This document shows, piece by piece, positions 60,201-64,000 of a stretch of DNA of 64,000 nucleotides (position 1 is the first letter of the stretch; each line of letters starts with the position of its first letter). The notes below the pieces were generated by a model that made no database searches, was not told the origin of the DNA, and saw only the letters and a list, made by a program, of their open reading frames with translations. The DNA comes from an uncultured Acidobacteriota bacterium (GTDB lineage Bacteria > Acidobacteriota > Blastocatellia > RBC074): positions 896,001-960,000 of the forward strand of contig CAWCKY010000007.1 of the NCBI GenBank assembly GCA_963796275.1, read 5' to 3'. The position numbers and the translations under genes were made by a program.

Positions 60201-61801
60201 GTCATACGGCGCGCGGGGTCATATTCGTACCGCGCAACTCGATCGAGCGCGTCACGAAATTCAATCAGGCAGCCGTCGTCGTCATAACGGTATCTCGCCA
60301 CATAGACAACTTCATGCCCCGGCCGCTTCAGCAACACCTCACTCACCAATCCCGCCGAAGAATAGTTCAACTGAATCGTTCTCTCATCATCAATCCGAAT
60401 TCCGATGAGCCGTCCCTGTTCGTCATAAGCGAACGTGAAATTCCTATCTTCATCCCGTAGCCTCACCAGCCGCGCAGGCTCCGTCATCTCGCGAAATTCA
60501 AACTCTATCGCCGGTCGATTGTGCGAATTCAGCTCGAATCGCCGCGCCGCGAGGCGTTTCAACGCATAACCGTGCTGTGTGACACGCTCGCTCGGGTATT
60601 CGGTGATAAAAGACGGGAATGGGAAAGAGTTTCCTTCCGGATCCGTGTATGTGTATTGCGAAGTGGATTGGTCGTATGTCAGCTCCAGTTGATATTCATG
60701 TCTGAATCCCCATCCCAGCGGACCTGCCCCTGCCAGCTCCTGCAGTTGCGAGTTGTACCAGCGCCGCCAGACGAACCGAGGGGCAGGTAGCATGAAGTCG
60801 GTAAAATCGTCGACATTGGCCCCGGTGACTACGTCGATCGGTTCGAACAACTTGCCGCAACCCTGATTGAGTCCCATTCTTTGGGAGAGCTTCATAGCTC
60901 GACGCTTGAGCAGCTTCCCCAACCCTCTCAGAATCACGTCCCATCCCGGCATCGGCAGTCCGCCGATCAATACGTTCTGGCTCCCGGTGATGAATTTCCC
61001 CCAACAGTTTAACGGAGTGAATCCCGGGTCTTTTCCCATCCCGATTGACAGGGCCATCGCCGCGATGTCCGCCGCCATCTGAAGCCCCGCCATCGCCGCC
61101 TCGATTCCCGCCGCCTCCGATTTCGCCGCTGCCTCTTTAGCATCCGACTCCGATTCCGCGCTGTCCTCCATCTCCTGGTAGCCCACATGATCGGCCAGCG
61201 CCGCCGCCCCGCCCAGCGCTCCCATCGCCACCGGGAGAGCCATCATTGCCTTATCCAACTTCGACAGTCCCTTAAATCCCTTTTTCGCCGCCTTGACTCC
61301 TTTCAATCCCGGAATCCCCGGCAGGCAGTGCTTGGTGAAGTCGATCAAGAATCGGGCAGGCCTCGCTCCACCGATAAATACGTTTGAGGAACCTGTGAAG
61401 ACTTCGAACAACGGATAGTAGCCCCCACACCAAACTCCGAATCCCACGTCTCCGGTCCTCACGGCCGGCAAGCCGTTGATCAGAACGTTGACCGCCCCGG
61501 CGCAGATAACCGGCCCGATGCTCGGCAATGGGAAGCCAAAGGACGGCGGGTGCGGATGGCTGTGCGGCCATCCCAACACCAGGTCTATAAACAACCGCGC
61601 GGCGGGAAAACTCGGCAGAGCGTTGGAGAGCCAATTAGTCGCTTTCGCGACTCCCAGATTGGCCATATCGACAGGCTTCGTGGCGACCGACATGACTTCG
61701 CCGACAAAATTCTGTACGTCGCGCGCCGGGTTGGGCGGCGGCGGCAGCGCCTCGTTCGATGGATTGGCTGGGAGTTGGGTAGCGCGTTTAAGTTTTTCCA
61801 T
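57293..61801 (-). CDS. PAAR-RHS polymorphic toxin with C-terminal PD-(D/E)xK (PoNe-like) nuclease
   Basis: PAAR-like NVLINGLPAVRTGD and TGSSNVFIGG; EPIDVVTG (DUF6531-like); YD repeats; core end YNRFRYYDPELGRYLQCDPLG...VDILGL; toxin motifs GYDQVY...VVEAKG...QMSQKW. Confidence 0.92.
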   Translation of the reverse strand: MEKLKRATQLPANPSNEALPPPPNPARDVQNFVGEVMSVATKPVDMANLGVAKATNWLSNALPSFPAARLFIDLVLGWPHSHPHPPSFGFPLPSIGPVICAGAVNVLINGLPAVRTGDVGFGVWCGGYYPLFEVFTGSSNVFIGGARPARFLIDFTKHCLPGIPGLKGVKAAKKGFKGLSKLDKAMMALPVAMGALGGAAALADHVGYQEMEDSAESESDAKEAAAKSEAAGIEAAMAGLQMAADIAAMALSIGMGKDPGFTPLNCWGKFITGSQNVLIGGLPMPGWDVILRGLGKLLKRRAMKLSQRMGLNQGCGKLFEPIDVVTGANVDDFTDFMLPAPRFVWRRWYNSQLQELAGAGPLGWGFRHEYQLELTYDQSTSQYTYTDPEGNSFPFPSFITEYPSERVTQHGYALKRLAARRFELNSHNRPAIEFEFREMTEPARLVRLRDEDRNFTFAYDEQGRLIGIRIDDERTIQLNYSSAGLVSEVLLKRPGHEVVYVARYRYDDDGCLIEFRDALDRVARYEYDPARRMTRKTDRRGYSYRYQYDEQGRCVYTSGEDGMYEGWLKYYPEDNATVVKYSDGGSWEYEYNELGTIAKITDPYGGTHHRLIDPDTGLVSRELDPAGNPTDLLYDEQGAHTGRRDPWGYWAPPLDLEPHPADPLEHRVPETPLEWEFGDLLDREFIKLVSTNDPLLEGFPEVASELAQSWNAGSNRYQRSIPQENYDLLGRLIERRNEDGSVEHWEYDEEGNEVLYVDGDGGIRRRAYTSWNLLHGETDPVGSTCTFKYSPTEEITQFIDAGGVVHDFVYDKKDRLVEVRRDGVAYDIYRYDEADNLIEKLDGRGRRLLDREPGFGRLDRIQRFADGEVYQFEYNKRGQIIRAQTRRARMSFDYDEEGRLIKDIRNGLGVEHEFIGDSLFSTTIFGKFVIAYRRGYNGNLVINDPTGGAHTFHFSNNGLILKELGNGTRELSQYDSGGRCLRKVAAMAEGKLHVRNYRYSGAGDLLQVEDSRRGTVKYHYDAAHRLKIAERGDGRTELYANDEAGNLVLQPGLDGVRVGSGNKLKQANGEKFQYDKRDNVTLRESEKRTMRYEYDSFDQIIGISMNGREWRAEYDVLGRRIWKRWKGQKTEYYWDHDRLSGEIRDDGYVRIYVYADVEALVPFLFVEYASLDAEPESGVIKYLFTNQLGVPERLEDKSGRTIWEGEVFSYGAIRVESGNSDDINLRFPGHYYDAEVGLHYNRFRYYDPELGRYLQCDPLGIAGGYNLYAYLANPLTGVDILGLHPGGPARSRSRGDGDGRPSRTDVSVPRSMTRAQWKKLNRQRRIARNPRPVFAQHMQDVGAHQRKYKRKTDRARQRGASKQSQGGYKAKVTEAIGETGTARHMRQNHPGYEMVSGFAPGTGYDQVYVKRNAAGEVTEYMVVEAKGPGAELSTKAKKGPQMSQKWVKNSADEWAKSGNPVAKDIQKAMKNGPPPKVRGMVVQSQPDGSTRELPVPDGGIYN

Positions 61802-61818
61802 GGAGGTTCATCAAATGC

Positions 61819-63042
61819 CTAAGATTTCAATTGAGAAAGCGCAGCCTTGCAGACGGAGAGGCGCCGGGAATCCCCCAGCTCTCGATATAGATCTCGCAGG
61901 CGCTCCCAATTCGCCCGCTGCCCTTCTTCGAATTTCAACTTGCGGCTCAACTCAACCGCCTGTTCCCAGTTCTCGGCGGCTTCAGCCGATTTTCCCATCC
62001 GGTGATTAGCCGTCCCCATCTGTTCAAGAGCCTGTATCTGTTGTACCGGCAGATTCGAAGCCCTCGCGAGTTGCTCCATCGCTTCGTAATAGACAAGGGC
62101 GTCGGTAAATCTGTTCTGCATCAACAGGGCATTACCCAGATTGAACCCCTGGTATAGAACCAAAGGCTCCGATTTCAATCCGACCGAAACGTTGATGGCA
62201 CGCTCGTACCAGTTTTGAGCCTCTTTATATTTTTTCTGCGTGTAATGCAGATCGCCGATGTTATTCAACACGATGGCCTCTTGATGTCGCTGCCCGGCGC
62301 GCCCGAAATAACCGGCCAATTCCAGATTGCGAGACAGCGCCATGTCGTAGCGTTGATGTGCGACGTCAAAACCGGTCAGCATCATCTGAAGCTGCGCATG
62401 TTCTTCCACAGGAAGACGCGGATCGTTCGCTTTCTCTTCAAGCTTCTTTTCGAATGATTCGGGGTCGAGTCCCGGGCGGTATATTCTTACGTTCGGCTGA
62501 GCGCCAATCCCTCGCTCAAGATTCGGAGAAATCGCGCCGTCACGGACGATCAACTTAGTCATCCGCAATGACCCTGTCTTCAACTCGTCGTAGACATTAC
62601 TGACCAACTCAGCATATTTAGTCGTGGCGTCGATCTCCAGCGGAAAGAAGGTCCAGATCACGCGGCGTTGGTCAGTAACCAGGTTTTCGACATATCGCAT
62701 GAGCCCGACCAGCCGAGTGGTAGGCTTCTGCGATTCATCCGTCAGCTCAGATGGTGGAGCCGGAAGAGCAGACTCGCCACGCTTAGCTAGTTCCTGATTG
62801 ACGCCGGCAAGTTGGAGGCTGATGATCGGAGGGATTTCCCGGACGTATTGGCCCGGATCGGTGAACGGATGACCGAAGGTCAGGAAAAGGTCGAGCGACC
62901 CCGGGTCGTCGTCCAGAGACTCGAGTGCCTTGAATAGAAGCGCTGAATGATCCGGCTCACATGGGACGATCAAAAGGTTTTCCGTTCGGCTGTCAATGAA
63001 CCGCTGAAACTCCGATTGAATGTCCTGCATGATGCTTCTCAT
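61819..63042 (-). CDS. TPR-containing protein, candidate effector chaperone/adaptor
   Basis: C-terminal TPRs (AIVLNNIGDLHY, FNLGNALL, ALEQMGTAN); sits between the VgrG-tip and PAAR-RHS genes. Confidence 0.7.
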   Translation of the reverse strand: MRSIMQDIQSEFQRFIDSRTENLLIVPCEPDHSALLFKALESLDDDPGSLDLFLTFGHPFTDPGQYVREIPPIISLQLAGVNQELAKRGESALPAPPSELTDESQKPTTRLVGLMRYVENLVTDQRRVIWTFFPLEIDATTKYAELVSNVYDELKTGSLRMTKLIVRDGAISPNLERGIGAQPNVRIYRPGLDPESFEKKLEEKANDPRLPVEEHAQLQMMLTGFDVAHQRYDMALSRNLELAGYFGRAGQRHQEAIVLNNIGDLHYTQKKYKEAQNWYERAINVSVGLKSEPLVLYQGFNLGNALLMQNRFTDALVYYEAMEQLARASNLPVQQIQALEQMGTANHRMGKSAEAAENWEQAVELSRKLKFEEGQRANWERLRDLYRELGDSRRLSVCKAALSQLKS

Positions 63043-63079
63043 CGCGCCTCCGCATAATGTGCCGCTTAAAACGCCTCGT

Positions 63080-63643
63080 TCAATTGATCTTGACGATTAC
63101 GCCCTGAATAGTCACGCCCGTGCTGTCAATCTTGATCGACCCGCCCGGCCCCTGAATGACCAGCTCTACCCCCGCGTTGATAACGATCGTCTCCTTGCCG
63201 AATTCGCTGATGTGTCTAGCGTTAATGTTCCGGGCATTGGTCACGCTAACCATCTGATCACGGGTAATCGTCACATTCTGATCATCGATGACAGTCACTA
63301 TTTGATTTTTTCCGACCGTCAAAGTATCGCTCAGCGTTACCGCCGTATTACGATTTTGATCAAACTGGAGCACATCCTCAGGGTCGCCGTCGCGAACGCG
63401 GAACATGAATTTCTTTTGAATCTCCTCCAGGCGCTGTCCTTCCGATACCAGGGCCGTCTGATCACCGACCTTGATCAAAACCTGCTCCTGGCCTGGTTTC
63501 GGTCCGGCCAGAAAACTTTCGCTCGTAATTGATCCCCAGCTCGCCGCGCTGCCGTTTGTGGGAATATGGTTGTCGGAGCCAGCATTGGGCACCGCAGTGC
63601 CAGTGCTCGTTTGAGTGTCTGCGCTATATACTTCACCCGGCAT
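63080..63643 (-). CDS. Stand-alone VgrG/gp5 C-terminal spike-like protein
   Basis: GGAGGA RBS; KPGQEQVLIK; 8-residue beta repeats (TLTVGKNQ IVTVIDDQ NVTITRDQ MVSVTNAR); VgrG-type end GPGGSIKIDSTGVTIQGVIVKIN; no gp27 hub domain. Confidence 0.72.
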   Translation of the reverse strand: MPGEVYSADTQTSTGTAVPNAGSDNHIPTNGSAASWGSITSESFLAGPKPGQEQVLIKVGDQTALVSEGQRLEEIQKKFMFRVRDGDPEDVLQFDQNRNTAVTLSDTLTVGKNQIVTVIDDQNVTITRDQMVSVTNARNINARHISEFGKETIVINAGVELVIQGPGGSIKIDSTGVTIQGVIVKIN

Positions 63644-63686
63644 ATGCTAATCCTCCAATATAGAACCGTTGGCAGTTTGGTAAGGA

Positions 63687-64000
63687 CTAAGTTATCGTTC
63701 GATATATAAAAAAAGCTCCCGTCAGAAACAATGCAACCGCAACTGCAATAAGCGCTAATCCTGCATAATACAATTTGCCGCTCTTGATAGGCATCCACAG
63801 CCGCGGGAATTGAATTCCATAGAAAATAGGAATTTGATCGCCGAGCTGCGTCTGATCGAACTCTTTCTGCGTAACGGACAAAACACCCTGGAAGCTATTG
63901 CCATCCTCCGGATAGGTAAATTTGAGTTCGCATCCATTTTGAGTAAGCTGTTTTTCTACAACCGTGCCATTGCCTTTGATATAGGAGACCTGATCGGAAT
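63687..64000 (-). CDS. Partial membrane protein, DUF3592-like (5' end outside the window)
   Basis: Open frame to the window edge: IKGNGTVVEK...LKFTY...LGDQIPIFY, followed by a C-terminal TM helix. Confidence 0.55.
   Translation of the reverse strand, partial: SDQVSYIKGNGTVVEKQLTQNGCELKFTYPEDGNSFQGVLSVTQKEFDQTQLGDQIPIFYGIQFPRLWMPIKSGKLYYAGLALIAVAVALFLTGAFFIYRTIT

Noticed and set aside
1-64000. tRNA, rRNA, intact transposase/integrase or reverse transcriptase
   Set aside because: No such motifs recognised in the ORF track or intergenic sequence by eye; tRNAscan-SE/Infernal would be needed to be certain.

Overview
Bacterial genomic window, most likely Acidobacteriota (inferred from Oar-type TonB-dependent receptors, ADOP-type duplicated ABC permeases with PadR, and a fused LptF-LptG). 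The left two-thirds (1-42.5 kb) is a patchwork accessory region of hydrolases, three TonB-dependent receptors, a lactonase, an oxidoreductase, msrB and many gene remnants. It carries one full dif-like (XerC/XerD) site at 23399-23426; five more intergenic copies of its XerC-like arm are scattered across the window. Two copies of an unidentified, covarying ~120-nt structured element each lie upstream of an alpha/beta-hydrolase gene. The right third (42.7-64 kb, minus strand, running off the window) is an atypical type VI secretion-like locus. It has a stand-alone VgrG-tip-like gene, a TPR protein, a PAAR-RHS toxin with a PD-(D/E)xK nuclease tip plus two candidate immunity genes, TssG-, TssK- and ClpV/ClpB-like genes, a peptidase-M15-like/TM/FHA fusion, and two paralogous membrane Ser/Thr kinases with different sensor domains. 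Four long genes each carry a single indel in a homopolymer run, probably sequencing error. I recognised no rRNA, tRNA, CRISPR array or intact transposase/integrase. All family calls come from motif recognition by eye; no database searches were run.
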